Below, piece by piece: positions 24,161 to 38,103 of a DNA stretch of 64,000 bases; position 1 is the stretch's first letter; each line of letters opens with the position of its first letter. This DNA comes from Haliotis cracherodii (Eukaryota). The position numbers and the translations under genes were made by a program. The stretch is from positions 2,046,001-2,110,000 of the forward strand of contig NW_027266266.1 of the NCBI RefSeq assembly GCF_022045235.1, written 5' to 3'. The notes beneath the pieces are model-generated. The model was given only the letters and a program-made list of their open reading frames with translations. It did not search any database and was not told the DNA's origin.

Positions 24161-27100
24161 ATCCAGAACTTAGAACGCACGTAGTTGTCTCCCTTTCCCT
24201 GGAGGAAAGGAACCATTTTGATTATGTCACATATATACTCACCACCAAAAGAAACGTGAACCATTGAAACATTTAGATAAGTACGTACGTTAAGAAGAGA
24301 TGTTTCCAATGTGTACCACTTAATGACAAAACTGACAATCAGTAAAGTGTTACCACAGTGTCTTTATTCTTATCACAATATGCTGCACGTGATTTCCGAA
24401 CTTTACACACTAATCCTGCACGAGACAAATTGTGCATTTCGAGTCATGGATCTCTGACGTCACTTGTGATGCGTTCATGAGTTTGTGCATCAATTAAATC
24501 TAATATCTCTTGAATATGAGTAATTCCCCATATATTAACCGACATATATGGTATTCGCGTTTCTTTTGTCGGTGGGTATATTTGTCCGGGTGAAACAAGT
24601 CTGAGAAAGGTGTTTGTACAAATGGCAAATGTAAGAAAAAGTTCAAAGTATGTAGATTTTTCTCTCTGCTAGAACAAGTGGGTGGGATAACAGCATTTAC
24701 ATCATTGTGAATTGTTCGGTGTTCTATATTAAAGTCAAAGGTCAAGATGTTGGTTAGTGGGGTGGTATTGTTTGTCACGTGACCACAGTTTAGATGTTAA
24801 TATTCTGACCGTAGTGGGTGTACGTATGTAAATAATGCACTTTGATTTGCAGGAATACTCATGTCTATAGCAGTTCTCATGCTCAACTTTTCCTAAGCTT
24901 CATGGCCGAAAAAAACTAACATGTGTATTCCTGTGACACACAACGTTTACCGAAATCATGATATCCAGGATGTTGCTCTTGATCTTATAAATTCCAAATC
25001 CATACCGGACGCCATAAAACTCGTAACCGTTACAAATCATTTCATACTTATCTAACCATGAAAATAATGATGCGAATACAAACCATTCTTCAAACCTAGG
25101 GTAATTGTCGGGGGAATCTTAGATTCTTTCACATAATGTGTGGATCCTCTCACTTCTAAGGGAGGCAACTCTTCATGGCTACTTGCGACGCCATGGACCA
25201 CAAAGGCCACCCGTGCCTGGCTGAAAGTATCCTTAGCAAACGTTGAGCGTCACACATGAAGTTACGACGCATGATGCTGTAGTCTTAGATGTAGATACGG
25301 TACGTAGAGAGAGGCCCACAAGAGATAGTTGTTCCATTCTTCCAAATAACGTGTCTTTCAGGAGACAGGCCCATGTTACCTAGTTTGTATAATATATATT
25401 CCTATCGTTGGTGACATATTTAGTCTTTGAGACAATCATAGAATGTATTTCCAGCGTTGAATACTTAATGCATGTCAACTCTTCATCTAGTAATGTATCA
25501 ATGTAAAGTATGTAGGTTCCGACGTGATCAATTCACAGAGAGAACATTTGGAATCTGTGATGACGTGCTGGAACCCTTTCCACAACAGAATGGTTGAATC
25601 TATATCAGCTTGTTCAGAGACAATTATTTTAATTAGAAACATATTTAAAATGTTCGTTATAGTTTGCATGATAGACAAATATTCGAATGAAATTAATAAC
25701 ATGTTTGATTACTTAAATAATTTATAAACAACTATATGTGGATAGTATATTTGTTTCAATTCGTAACAAATCGTGTCTTCCGAGAAATGTCGGATGTGGT
25801 TTATCGAAAGGAGAGGGTGCTGACGAATGTACCGTTCATGTGCAATCGTCCACGGTCGGTCCTTCCCGTAACCTGCTTAATGACAATTCGGCTTGTCCCG
25901 GACTGACACGAGTGACTTCGAATTGTTCCGTATTGTGTTCAGACGTCAAGTCAAAAGCCGAATGTCTAGTTTAGGCTCATTGTTTGACACTTCTGGGCAT
26001 AGAAAGAGTTCCCATATTACTTTATAATACACACATTCCAGTGTCAACACTGTACACAAATGTATAGATGCGGGGTATGCCAATTGTTGATATGCTTCCA
26101 CAGCGAGGTCACGTGTTCTAGCAGTAAGGATGCGATGTATTGTTTGTTTGTATGTTGTTAACGCCGCACTCAGCAATATTCCAGCTATATGACGGCGGTC
26201 TGTAAATAATCGAGTCTGGACCAGACAATTCAGTGATTGACATCATGAGCATCGTTCTACACAACTAGGTTTCGATGACATGCATCAACCAAGTCAGAGA
26301 GCCTGACCACCAGACCCGGTTGGTCGCCTCTTTGCACAAGCATAGTCGCTTTTAAAACAAGGGTTACTGAAGACCTATTCTACCCCGGATCTCCACGGGT
26401 ATGCGATGTATTGACAGTTTATGCATGTAATAGATGTAAATAGCACAGCATACATATAATGTTGTTTAAAACAATGAAAGAATGTAAATACGAAGCTATT
26501 AAAACCGAAATAAAAATTGTTACAACACCGATGTGTTTGTAAGAAATGTCTGTTGTGAACATTGAAGTGAGTATTGTTTTACGGCGCTCCCACCACCCTT
26601 CAATATAAATACAGACTGTCATTGAACGAGAATAACAAGTCCAGATCATCCAACGATCAGATCAAAATTTGGTGCAAAGGGCAAAATAGCTGTGAGTGAC
26701 TGAGTATGGTTTTACGCCGCTTTTAGCAATATCACGGCGGGGGACACTAGCAATGGGGTCCACACGTTGTACCCATGTTGGGAATCGAACTCGGGCCTTC
26801 GGCGTGACGAGCGAACGCTTTAACCACTAGGCTACCCGACCGCCCCCAAAATAGCTATGAGAGTTATATGACTGGATCAATGACACCAGGTGTTCGCGTA
26901 ATGGTGTTCCAGGTGTTAAAGTAATACCACGTTTGGGATCGCCTGGACTTATCTCCACATTGTACGCATGGAGGGAAATAAACCCGCGTCGTCGACATGA
27001 CGAGCGCACTACCTACTCGGCCATCCAGGGTAAAGTATCTCCATTCAATTATGACCGATTCCACTGACCCATTCGCCGTCACATTCCGGAAGTGACGTCA

Positions 27101-27373
27101 CCATTTCAGACTTTCTGTCCTAGCACAATACAGAGCAACTGAGCAAATGAATTCTCTCGTTCATTGGTATATTTGATTGGACGGCTTTGACGTATGAATC
27201 GGGCTTGAAGCAATTGCAGGCAATGGAACACGGGTATTTAGTATAAGAGAATGGAGATAAAATGCACGGGATAATCGAAGGTGGGCTATCCCCAATGATC
27301 TGGAATTGAAGTTACACTCGGTTAACACACGAGGTTCCGGTTACACGATATGGCTGTTCCAACCCGATTACAG

Positions 27374-30300
27374 AGAACTATTCCGCCCTAGAATCCTCAC
27401 AGGGAGATAAGTATGGGGTACTGGGGAACTATTTTGCCCTGGAATCCTCGAAGGGAGATAAGTATTGGCTACTGGGTAACTATTCCGCCCTAGAATCCTC
27501 ACAGGGAGATAAGTATGGGGTAATGGGGAACTGTTCTGTCACAGAATACTCACAGGGAGATAAGTATGGGGTACTGGGGAACTGTTCTGCCATAGAATCC
27601 TCACTGGGAGATAAGTATGGGCTACTGGGTAACTATTCCGCAATAGAATCCTCACAGGGAGATAAGTATGGTCTACTGGGGAACTATTCCGCTCTAGAAT
27701 CCTCACAGGGAGATAAGTATGGGCTACTGGGTAACTATTCCGCGATAGAATCCTCGAAGGGAGATAAGTATGGGCTACTGGGTAACTATTCCGCCATAGA
27801 ATCCTCACAGGGAGATAAGTACGGGGTACTGGGGAACTGTTCTGCCATAGAATCCTCACAGGGATATAAGTATGGGCTACTGGGTAACTATTCCGCCCTA
27901 GAATACTCACAGGGAGATAAGTATGGGCTACTGGGTAACTATTCCGCCCTAGAATACTCACAGGGAGATAAGTATGGGGTACTGGGTAACTATTCCGCCC
28001 TAGAATACTCACAGGGATATAAGTATGGGCTACTGGGTAACTATTCCGCTCTAGAATCCTCACAGGGAGATAAGTATGGGGTACTGGGGAACTGTTCTGC
28101 CATAGAATCCTCACAGGGAGATAAGTATGGGGTACTGGGTAACTATTCCGCTCTAGAATCCTCACAGGGAGATAAGTATGGGGTACTGGGGAACTATTCC
28201 GCCCTAGAATCCTCACAGGGAGATAAGTATGGGGTACTGGGGAACTATTCCGCCATAGAATACTCACAGGGAGATAAGTATGGGGTACTGGGGAACTGTT
28301 CTGCCATAGAATCCTCACAGGGAGATAAGTATGGGCTACTGGGTAACTATTCCACGATAGAATCCTCGAAGGGAGATAAGTATGAGCTACTGGGTAACTA
28401 TTCCGCCATAGAATCCTCACAGGGAGATAAGTATGGGGTACTGGGGAACTGTTCTGCTATAGAATCCTCACAGGGAGATAAGTATGGTCTACTGGGTAAC
28501 TATTCCGCTCTAGAATCCTCACAGGGAGATAAGTATGGGCTACTGGGTAACTATTCCGCTCTAGAATCCTCGAAGGGAGATAAGTATGGGCTACTGGGTA
28601 ACTATTCCGCCATAGAATCCTCACAGGGAGATAAGTATGGGGTACTGGGGAACTGTTCTGCTATAGAATCCTCACAGGGAGATAAGTATGGTCTACTGGG
28701 TAATTATTCCGCTCTAGAATCCTCACAGGGAGACAAGTATGGGCTACTGGGGAACTATTCCGCCCTAGAATACTCACAGGGAGATAAGTATGGGGTACTG
28801 GGTAACTATTCCGCTCTAGAATATTCACAGGGAGATAAGTATGGTCTACTGGGTAACTATTCCGCTCTAGAATCCTCACAGGGAGATAAGTATGGGGTAC
28901 TGGGGAACTATTCCGCTCTAGAATCCTCACAGGGAGATAAGTATGGGGTACTGGGGAACTGTTCTGCCATAGAATCCTCACAGGGATATAAGTATGGGCT
29001 ACTGGGTAACTATTCCGCCCTAGAATACTCACAGGGAGATAAGTATGGGCTACTGGGTAACTATTCCGCCCTAGAATACTCACAGGGAGATAAGTATGGG
29101 CTACTGGGTAACTATTCCGCCCTAGAATACTCACAGGGATATAAGTATGGGCTACTGGGTAACTATTCCGCAATAGAATCCTCACAGGGAGATAAGTATG
29201 GTCTACTGGGGAACTATTCCGCTCTAGAATCCTCACAGGGAGATACGTATGGGCTACTGGGTAACTATTCCGCTCTAGAATCCTCGAAGGGAGATAAGTA
29301 TGGGCTACTGGGTAACTATTCCGCCATAGAATCCTCACAGGGAGATAAGTATGGGGTACTGGGGAACTGTTCTGCTATAGAATCCTCACAGGGAGATAAG
29401 TATGGGCTACTGGGTAACTATTCCGCTCTAGAAATCCTCACAGGGAGATAAGTATGGGCTACTGGGTAACTATTCCGCGATAGAATCCTCGAAGGGAGAT
29501 AAGTATGGGCTACTGGGTAACTATTCCGCCCTAGAATACTCACAGGGAGATAAGTATGGGGTACTGGGGAACTATTCCGCCATAGAATCCTCACAGGGAG
29601 ATAAGTATGGTCTACTGGGTAACTATTCCGCTCTAGAATCCTCACAGGGAGATAAGTATGGGCTACTGGGTAACTATTCCGCTCTAGAATCCTCACAGGG
29701 AGATAAGTATGGGGTACTGGGGAACTGTTCTGCCATAGAATCCTCACAGGGATATAAGTATGGGCTACTGGGTAACTATTCCGCCCTAGAATACTCACAG
29801 GGAGATAAGTATGGGCTACTGGGTAACTATTCCGCCCTAGAATACTCACAGGGAGATAAGTATGGGGTACTGGGGAACTGTTCTGCCCTAGAATACTCAC
29901 AGGGAGATAAGTATGGGGTACTGGGGAACTATTCCGCCCTAGAATACTCACAGGGAGATAAGTATGGTCTACTGGGTAACTATTCCGCTCTAGAATCCTC
30001 ACAGGGAGACAAGTATGGGCTACTGGGTAACTATTCCGCTCTAGAATACTCACAGGGAGATAAGTATGGGCTACTGGGGAACTATTCCGCCCTAGAATAC
30101 TCACAGGGAGATAAGTATGGGGTACTGGGGAACTATTCCGCTCTAGAATATTCACAGGGAGATAAGTATGGGGTACTGGGGAACTATTCCGCCCTAGAAT
30201 ACTCACAGGGAGATAAGTATGGGCTACTGGGTAACTATTCCGCCCTAGAATCCTCACAGGGAGATAAGTATGGGGTACTGGGGAACTGTTCTGTCATAGA

Positions 30301-31385
30301 ATACTCACAGGGAGATAAGTATGGGCTACTGGGGAACTATTCCGCCCTAGAATCCTCGAGGGGAGATAAGTATGGGCTACTGGGTAACTATTCCGCCCTA
30401 GAATCCTCACAGGGAGACAAGTATTGGGTACTTGGGACCTTTCTGCCCTAGAATACTCACAGGGAGACAAGTATTGGGTACTGGGGAACTGTTCTGCCCT
30501 AGAATACTCACAGGGAGACAAGTATTGGGTACTGGGGAACTGTTCTGCCCTAGAATACTCACAGGGAGACAAGTATTGGGTACTGGGGAACTGTTCTGCC
30601 CTAGAATACTCACAGGGGGACAAGTATTGGGTACTGGGGAACTGTTCTGCCCTAGAATACTTACAGGACAGGGAGACAAGTATTGGGTACTGGGGAACTG
30701 TTCTGCCCTAGAATACTCACAGGGAGACAAGTATTGGGTACTGGGGAACTGTTCTACCCTAGAATACTCACAGGGAGACAAGTATTGGGTACTGGGGAAC
30801 TGTTCTGCCCTAGAATACTCACAGGGAGTCAAGTATTGGGTACTTGGGACCTTTCTGCCCTGGAATGATCACAGGGAGACAAGTATTGGGTACTGGGGAA
30901 CTGTTCTGCCCTAGAATACTCACAGGGAGACAAGTATTGGGTACTGGGGAACTGTTCTGCCCTAGAATACTCACAGGGAGACAAGTATTGGGTAGTTGGG
31001 ACCTTTCTGTCCTGGAATGATCACAGGGAGACAAGTATTGGGTACTGGGGAACTGTTCTGCCCTAGAATACTCACAGGGAGACAAGTATTGGGTACTGGG
31101 GAACTGTTCTGCCCTAGAATACTCACAGGGAGACAAGTATTGGGTACTGGGGAACTGTTCTGCCCTAGAATACTCACAGGGAGACAAGTATGGGCTACTG
31201 GGGAACTGTTCTGCCATAGAATCCTCACAGGGAGACAAGTATTGGGTACTGGGGAACTGTTCTGCCCTAGAATCCTCACGGGGAGACACAGATTGGGTGC
31301 TTGGGACCTTCCTGCCCTGGAATGATCACAGGGAGACGAGCACGATGCACTAGGGAACTTTTCAAGTATAGGGTACTGGGAAACC
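27374..31385. repeat. ~4 kb 51-bp minisatellite (~78 units), stop-free in one + frame (GDKYGLLGNYSALESSQ)
   Basis: Unit GGAGATAAGTATGGGCTACTGGGTAACTATTCCGCCCTAGAATCCTCACAG; subtype change at ~30415. Confidence 0.95.
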
Positions 31386-33131
31386 AAGCTTCCCCTGAAT
31401 ACCCAGGATTCTTTTATAAAGTATTAATGTTCCCCGATCTTTCCGAGTACCGACGCTTTACGTGACGTACTCCAAACATCTCAATGTTGCCTTAATGTAC
31501 TTTAGAAACAATTTCCAGACTACTTCATTTATTACCACTTAAAACCAGAACATGTTGTCTTTGGATTGGTTTATTTTCGGGGACATAAAATCACAAAGTC
31601 ATCTCTCTCGATGCCGATCACGTAAAAATACGCGAATCAATACTAACAACATTCACATCTCTGTGTATGAAGCATAGCAATCGGAACACACCGTGCATTT
31701 CACAGTTGAACTGCGCCTCCAAGGAGATTGGAAGCCATGTACATTGGCGCGGACCTCAGTGAAGTCAACGTAATTTCCATTATTGCTGTGTTTTGTTGTG
31801 GCTGTCTGGCTGGATTGTTTGTGTGCTGTCTGGCTTTTTTTACTTTATATCAGCTCTGGCAACAGCAAAAGGGTAACCTTAAGATTTTGTTGTTTAAAGC
31901 GAAAATCATAAGGGACAAATTATAGATAAAATTTTATATATATTAATATTGAATTTTGAATTGGGATGACAGTTACACAATCATGGAATGACGCGTTAAT
32001 GACCGATAACGTTGCAGGAACTAAAAGCGTTCTTGTTTTTGTTTTTCCTAACTGGCCGGGTAGGGAGAAAGGATGTTACTAGGATACAAATCTGTACAAG
32101 TGTTGGGCACGGGTGGCCAACTCGTCTAAGGCGCCGCGATTCGCTGTGCAGAGTTGCGTCCCTTGGGCACGCCAGAAACCAATGATTGTGGGCTCGAATC
32201 CCGCTTCGACCCGATTAGGTTTCTAGGTTTGTCAGAACCATACCCGTGCTCTTGGGTTTCACCGAAGTGGTAAACGTCTGAGACCTGCATCACTTCGGGC
32301 TTTCCTCCCACATTAAGCTGACACGCCGTGATATAACTGGAATAATGTTAAAAGCGGCGTTAAACCCAACTCACTTATTCACTCGCTCACTGTACAAGTA
32401 AACGTGATTCTATTTTACAACGTGACCTCTGTTTGCCGGCCACACATCCTGGGTGTACGAAGGGATCTGCCAGGGGTCACGGTAACCATGGTTCCGCTGT
32501 GAACCTGACACATACGGAAGGCATGGAGTGTATAAAAATGCGAAATTCGGTGCAAAAGTGAAATCGGAGTTGAAAAAGTATTGAAGTGGTATTTTAGAAG
32601 CGGTAGTTAACTGAGTGGACATGGAGTTTAACATCGTTATTCATCCAATGTGACGATCCGGTGTAAATGTTAGTAACTCCACTTGTCTGATAAAGGTTTT
32701 GTTTATTTGTTTGTTTGTATGTTGTTTACTGCCGCACTCGACAATGTCCCAGCTTTATGATGGCGGTCTGTAAATAACCGAGTCTGAACCAGACATTCTT
32801 GTGTCTGAACCAGACATTCATAAGCATCGAACCACGCAATGGGGATACGATGACATGCATCAACCAAATCAGCGAACCTGACTACCCGATCCCATTGGTC
32901 GCCTCTTACGACAAGCAAAGTCGCTTTTAACGGGAAGCATCACTTTCTGAAGACCTATTCTACCCCGGATCTTCATTGGTCTGATAAAGGTACAATCATC
33001 TGGACCGAAACGTTTCATTGAAAGAAAAACGACGTTGAAATCAATGTCAACTCTGTCCTCAGTGCATAAGAATGAAAAAATACAGGAACGGGAGGCGGTC
33101 AAGCCATTTATTTAAACTAGATGGGGAGTCG

Positions 33132-33915
33132 CTACAAATGGTTCTTGAGGAAGTTAGTGACATCTCTCACGACCCTGGTACCCACGTTAACCCGGAGCGG
33201 ACCACTGTGGAACCACATGCAGTGATGGAAAGCCTCCGGAAAGTTCCTGATCATTGCTTTTGAACCAACGGCTTTCAGTCGCGAAACGTACATAATACCG
33301 TCGTCCCTCACGATGTCATATCCGGCTGTCATCACGTACGCATGTGCAGTTCGTCTCAACATGTCGTCGCCTGCCATCAACGGCGCCAGGTATGGATCAA
33401 GGAGACGGTGTTTGATTTTCTCCCATAATTCTCTGTTACCGAAATCTTTCCTCAGTTCTGTATCTCTCAAGGCTAGAGTACGTATATAATATTTAGGTAC
33501 TAATTTGTCCGGATTGGCGTACTCAGCATATTGTGAGTTTTTCAGTTCCACAGAAGTATGGTTATTGGAAAGAAACTCAGGGAGATATTTCAAATCAATT
33601 CCGGCATAATTTAGCCAAAATACAACATTGTCTGGGCTGTTAATAGACTTACTCATATACGGAGCATTTTCAATGAAGCCGGTCGTGTTAAAATTCAGGA
33701 CTTGAAGCGCAGGAACAAGTACAATCTGCACACGAATCTTTTCTTTGAGGCGGAGGGATACTGCAGCAGCCAAATTACCACCTGCGCTGTCTCCTGCCAC
33801 GGCTATACGTGCAGGATTTAGTCCCAGGTCGTGGCTGTTCCTCAGGATATATTCCACCACCTTCACACAGTCGTCAAAGGCGGCGGGGTACGGGTGTTGC
33901 GGAGCCAGGCGGTAG
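33132..33915 (-). CDS. AADAC/NCEH1-like (HSL family) esterase terminal exon
   Basis: YRLAPQHPYPAAFDDC, GDSAGGNLA nucleophile elbow, YDIVRDDG catalytic Asp, AFHH His region; spliced CDS is 1248 nt = 415 aa. Confidence 0.93.
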
Positions 33916-33947
33916 CTGTCAACAGAACTCATGACATGAAACGACAG

Positions 33948-34078
33948 TATACTCAAGGCCATCCTCGATTATCCAGTGTATTTTATCATCGTTCTGTTTT
34001 AACTACCCTGGGCCAATGCGCCACCATAGACATGGCGTTATTTTAAACTGGATAATCGAGGGAGGCTCTGGGTACACG
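33948..34078. mobile_element. Short hairpin MITE near esterase exon-5 acceptor
   Basis: CCTCGATTATCCAGT / ACTGGATAATCGAGG inverted repeat. Confidence 0.6.
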
Positions 34079-34429
34079 GACATCGGAACTAAATTGGCTG
34101 AATTCAAGTGTGTGGAGTCAAACTTTGTTTGTCTGCTTTGTCAAATATTAGCATGTTTAGTATAAATTCTCATGCTTGTCGATACAGGCGACTAACGGGA
34201 TCGGGTAGTCACGCTCCGCGTCTAGCTTGGTGCATATCACCGTATCACAGTTTCGTAATTCGATGCTCATGATATCACTCACTGGATTGCGGCGTTAAAC
34301 AACAAACAAACAAACAAACCTATATTACGTCTAGACCAAGATCACGGGAGCAGCATGTCCTAGGTTGATGTCATATGAACAATGATACAACTTAAGAATC
34401 AGAATTGGGTTTGGGTCCAGATTTACACA

Positions 34430-35180
34430 TGACGCACACCGAGTTTAGCACATGCCGTTCACGGAGTGTAACACATGGTATATACCGATTTAAATCCATA
34501 ACCCACAACGTGTTTCTCTCATGGCGTGCACCTGATTAAACACTGGGTTTAACACGTGACGTACATGGGGTTTAAGGAGGGACACAGTTGACCAGGTAAC
34601 GTACACCGAGTTTAACACGTGACGTACACCGAGTTTAACACGTGACGTACATAGAGTGTAAAGAGGGACACAGTTTACCAGGTAACGTACACCGAGTTTA
34701 ATACATGCTTATAACACATGACTTTCGACCTTACTGCAAGATAATTGTAAATAGTGTACCGGCATTACAAGAACCAAAATTGTGGAAATAGAGTATAAAT
34801 GAAGTTCTATGAGTGACAGTTTTGGTGAATATTCCTTTTGTCTCAGAACACATTTTTGGAAAATATGTACATTCGTGTATAACCTAACTTCCATATATCG
34901 TTATCAAATGATTCTGTCTTCTTTCTTCTGAATTTGTCGAGAAAGTGTAGTTGGGTACAGGATTTACTACAAGGCACATGTTTATTCTTGTGGTAAATTC
35001 CCTTGACCTCAGTTTGCACTCCGGCCTGTTTAACACATGACGTACACAAAGTTTAACACATGGCATGCACACAATTTACTGCATGACGTACACAAGGATT
35101 AATGCATGACGTACACAAGGATTAATGCATGACGTACGCCGCGTTAACCATATGACGTACACTCAGTGTAACACATGTCA
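34430..35180. repeat. Degenerate ~23-bp minisatellite in two blocks (34430-34715, 35025-35180)
   Basis: GTACACCGAGTTTAACACGTGAC units. Confidence 0.7.
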
Positions 35181-35344
35181 GTCACCTGTGCTTGTCTACG
35201 AAGCAACTAAATTTATCAGTAGATCAGACAGTCGTCGATGGCGTCGGACACTGCTCATTATATCAATCACTGGTCTGTCAGATTCGATTGGCGCTTACTC
35301 ACTTACTCACCTAGTCACTGTCTCACCTGCTCAGTCACTCACTC

Positions 35345-35947
35345 ACTCACTCTTGATTCAGACAGAGCAATACTTACGTTAAGCACTCACTCAATCTTGA
35401 TTGTGACAGAGCAATACTTACGTTAAGCACTTACTCAATCTTCATAGTGACAGAGCAATACTTACGTTAAACACTCACTCACTGTAGAGTGAGACACAGC
35501 AATACTTACGTTAAGCACTCACTCAATCTTGATTGTGACAGAGCAATACTTACGTTAAGCACTTACTCAATCTTCATTGTGACAGAGCAATACTTACGTT
35601 AAACACTCTCACTGTAGAGTGAGACACAGCAATACTTACGTTAAGCACTCACTCAATCTTGATTGTGACAAAGCAATACTTACGTTAAGCACTCACTCAA
35701 TCTTGATTGTGACAGAGCAATACTTACGTTAAGCACTCACTCAATCTTGATTCAGACAGAGCAATACTTACGTTAAGCACTTACTCAATCTTGATAGTGA
35801 CAGAGCAGTACTTACGTTAAGCACTCACTAAATCTTGATTCAGACAGAGCAATACTTACGTTAAGCACTTACTCAATCTTGATTGTGACAGAGCAATACT
35901 TACGTAAAACACTCACACACTGTAGAGTGAGACAGAGCAATACTTAC
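35345..35947. repeat. ~44-bp minisatellite built from the exon-4 splice donor
   Basis: GACAGAGCAATACTTACGTTAAGCACTCACTCAATCTTGATTGT units, reading GTAAGTATTGCTC on the - strand. Confidence 0.9.
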
Positions 35948-36011
35948 TCCACGGAGATGACGACATACCCAGTGTCCTTAGCCAACTTCCGGGTGAGAGG
36001 GTCGTAGGCAT
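35948..36011 (-). CDS. AADAC/NCEH1-like esterase exon 4 (DAYDPLTRKLAKDTGYVVISVD)
   Basis: accag| acceptor, GA|gtaagt donor, 64 nt, phase 1/2; joins to give VDYRLAP. Confidence 0.9.
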
Positions 36012-36474
36012 CTGGTATTGGAGAAACTCAACAGTGAATTCATGACACTTGTCTAACCCAACTCACTCACTCGCTCACTCCTATGGATTTGATTAACTTG
36101 CTGAATAGGAACTATAAATATTACTGCATATATTTGCCAAATTATACCAAAGTATATCTTAACTGAAGTGTTATATTCATATGAAAATATGATATCAAGA
36201 GAATAAACACTTTTTCCGGAACTACGTTTTGTCTGCCTCAATGACGCTTTGGTTTTTTTAACACGCTCATGAACATCAGACAATACATAGTGAACAGAAC
36301 ATGAATCTATCTTGTCTGCGCCACTCATTGAAATGCCAATTTAGTCGAGGCCCTCCACAAGTTTTCTGACTGGAAAAGACAAACTCCCTCAATACATCTA
36401 CCCCCTCAATATAAATTATTACCCTCTCTCCATTCTCCACACACATGTACCCTGTATATCTGTATCTACACGAA

Positions 36475-36705
36475 TGCCTCCGTGGTCTAGTGCTAGAGCG
36501 TCCGCCCGGGGTTCGACATCATACCAAAAGACGTTAAAAGATGGAATTTGTTGTTACCCTGCCTGGAACTCGTCATTAAGGGGTTAAAACAAGATCTTGA
36601 CGGCTTGGAGTCAGTATACTGTGTATGAGATGGTTAATCATGTTAAACTGCGGCATGGCATCTCAGCGCCAGCAGTATAAAATCGAAATTAGAATCAGCC
36701 ACACA

Positions 36706-36737
<32 letters not shown>

Positions 36738-36800
36738 TGCACGTCGATATTGATATGAAAGTACATAAGTGCAATAATCTCGGACGTGACGTTAAACCCC
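36475..36800 (+). mobile_element. Older tRNA-derived SINE (different family) with (GCAC)n expansion
   Basis: GTGGTCTAGTG A box, GGTTCGA B box, 3' end GTGACGTTAAAC; a related fragment appears at ~17030-17270(-). Confidence 0.55.
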
Positions 36801-36873
36801 ATTGCACCTCACTCACATCTACACTCTATATAAATACGCTCTATATATATACCTAACCTCGGCATGAACCTAC

Positions 36874-36997
36874 CAACAGAAAGGAGACTCCAGCCGCCGC
36901 CATGGAAGTAGACAACCACTGGCCTGCTGGAGGCGGCTTGATCCGCCACGGGCTCGTACACCCGCACCGGGACGCCATCATACAGGGAGTCGTGTAT
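36874..36997 (-). CDS. AADAC/NCEH1-like esterase exon 3 (IHDSLYDGVPVRVYEP...VVYFHGGGWSLLSV)
   Basis: HGGG oxyanion motif; ttccag| acceptor, G|gtaggt donor, phase 0/1. Confidence 0.92.
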
Positions 36998-37974
36998 CTG
37001 GAAAACATTCTCCAAGATTACTTGTAAATACCACAGTGTTTGATAGTGGTCAATGTCATGCTTTGTTTGACATGGCTGACTTTAATCATGTATAAAGTGT
37101 TTTTGATTTGGCTTTTAAACAGCACCGTAAGAAGGATGATCCATGTTGGCTATAAACTATAACTAGCATATGCAAAGATGACAGAAGTACCCCTTTCATC
37201 ATACATACCTGGTACTGTTTATCTGTGTGAAATAAGACAACAAGAGTTACTTCCCTTTTACTTTCCACAACGCCCTACGTTGTTCAGTCATGTAATATTT
37301 CAGTTTACCCACGAAAGGCTGTATCTACACAGTTATTCAGCGTAACCCTTGCCTGACTCGCCACTACATGGTCCAACATCTAACTCGTACACCCACGTCC
37401 AGATAACTTTCTTTTCTCATTTTAAACTGGAACAACAAATCACACGAGTTGGCGATGTACGGAATATTCCGAATAAACACAAAACTGTGACGTCACGATC
37501 AATGTTGGTCGTGAATACACGACGTACATCGATGTGGTTTCAATTACATTAACAAATTCACATCTGGATATCATACAAAAGTTGGAACTAATGTCATCAC
37601 CAGTTATCGTCAAATACGTGGGTCACTTCGCCATACAGTAAAACCCTGCCAAAGCGGACACTACAGTTTACAGTACAATCATCCGGTTTAACAAATGTCT
37701 GGATAAACTAGGCATGGGTTTAGATTAATATCCCTTCGTATAGATCTAGACGACCCCAAATATATCTTGGTGTTCTTTCAATACTTTACGGTAACTCGGG
37801 GTCGTTCACATCCATCTCTGGACTCCCACATGAGACCATGTCGTCTGCTCAACCACCGGGTTTCACGTAGGCCCTCACTGAATTCTCGAGGTCAACTTGT
37901 CTGCACACAGCTAATCCATCAACTTGGAACCATGTCATCTCCCTCGAGTACCCCACAGTCTGCGAAACGCTCAC

Positions 37975-38103
37975 CTTCAGTTCTGGGTCCTCCCCAAGTC
38001 CCCACGGCGACCCTGTCATCTGGGTCAAGGCAAACTGGTCTCCAAGTTTCCGGGCGCTCGCAGAAAATAGATCCCCATGCCCAAATAAGGACATCAACGA
38101 AAC
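37975..38103 (-). CDS. AADAC/NCEH1-like esterase exon 2 (VSLMSLFGHG...GEDPELK)
   Basis: cttcag| acceptor, AAG|gtgagc donor, 129 nt, phase 0/0. Confidence 0.82.

Noticed and set aside
27374-31385. CRISPR array
   Set aside because: Eukaryotic context, no unique spacers, no cas genes
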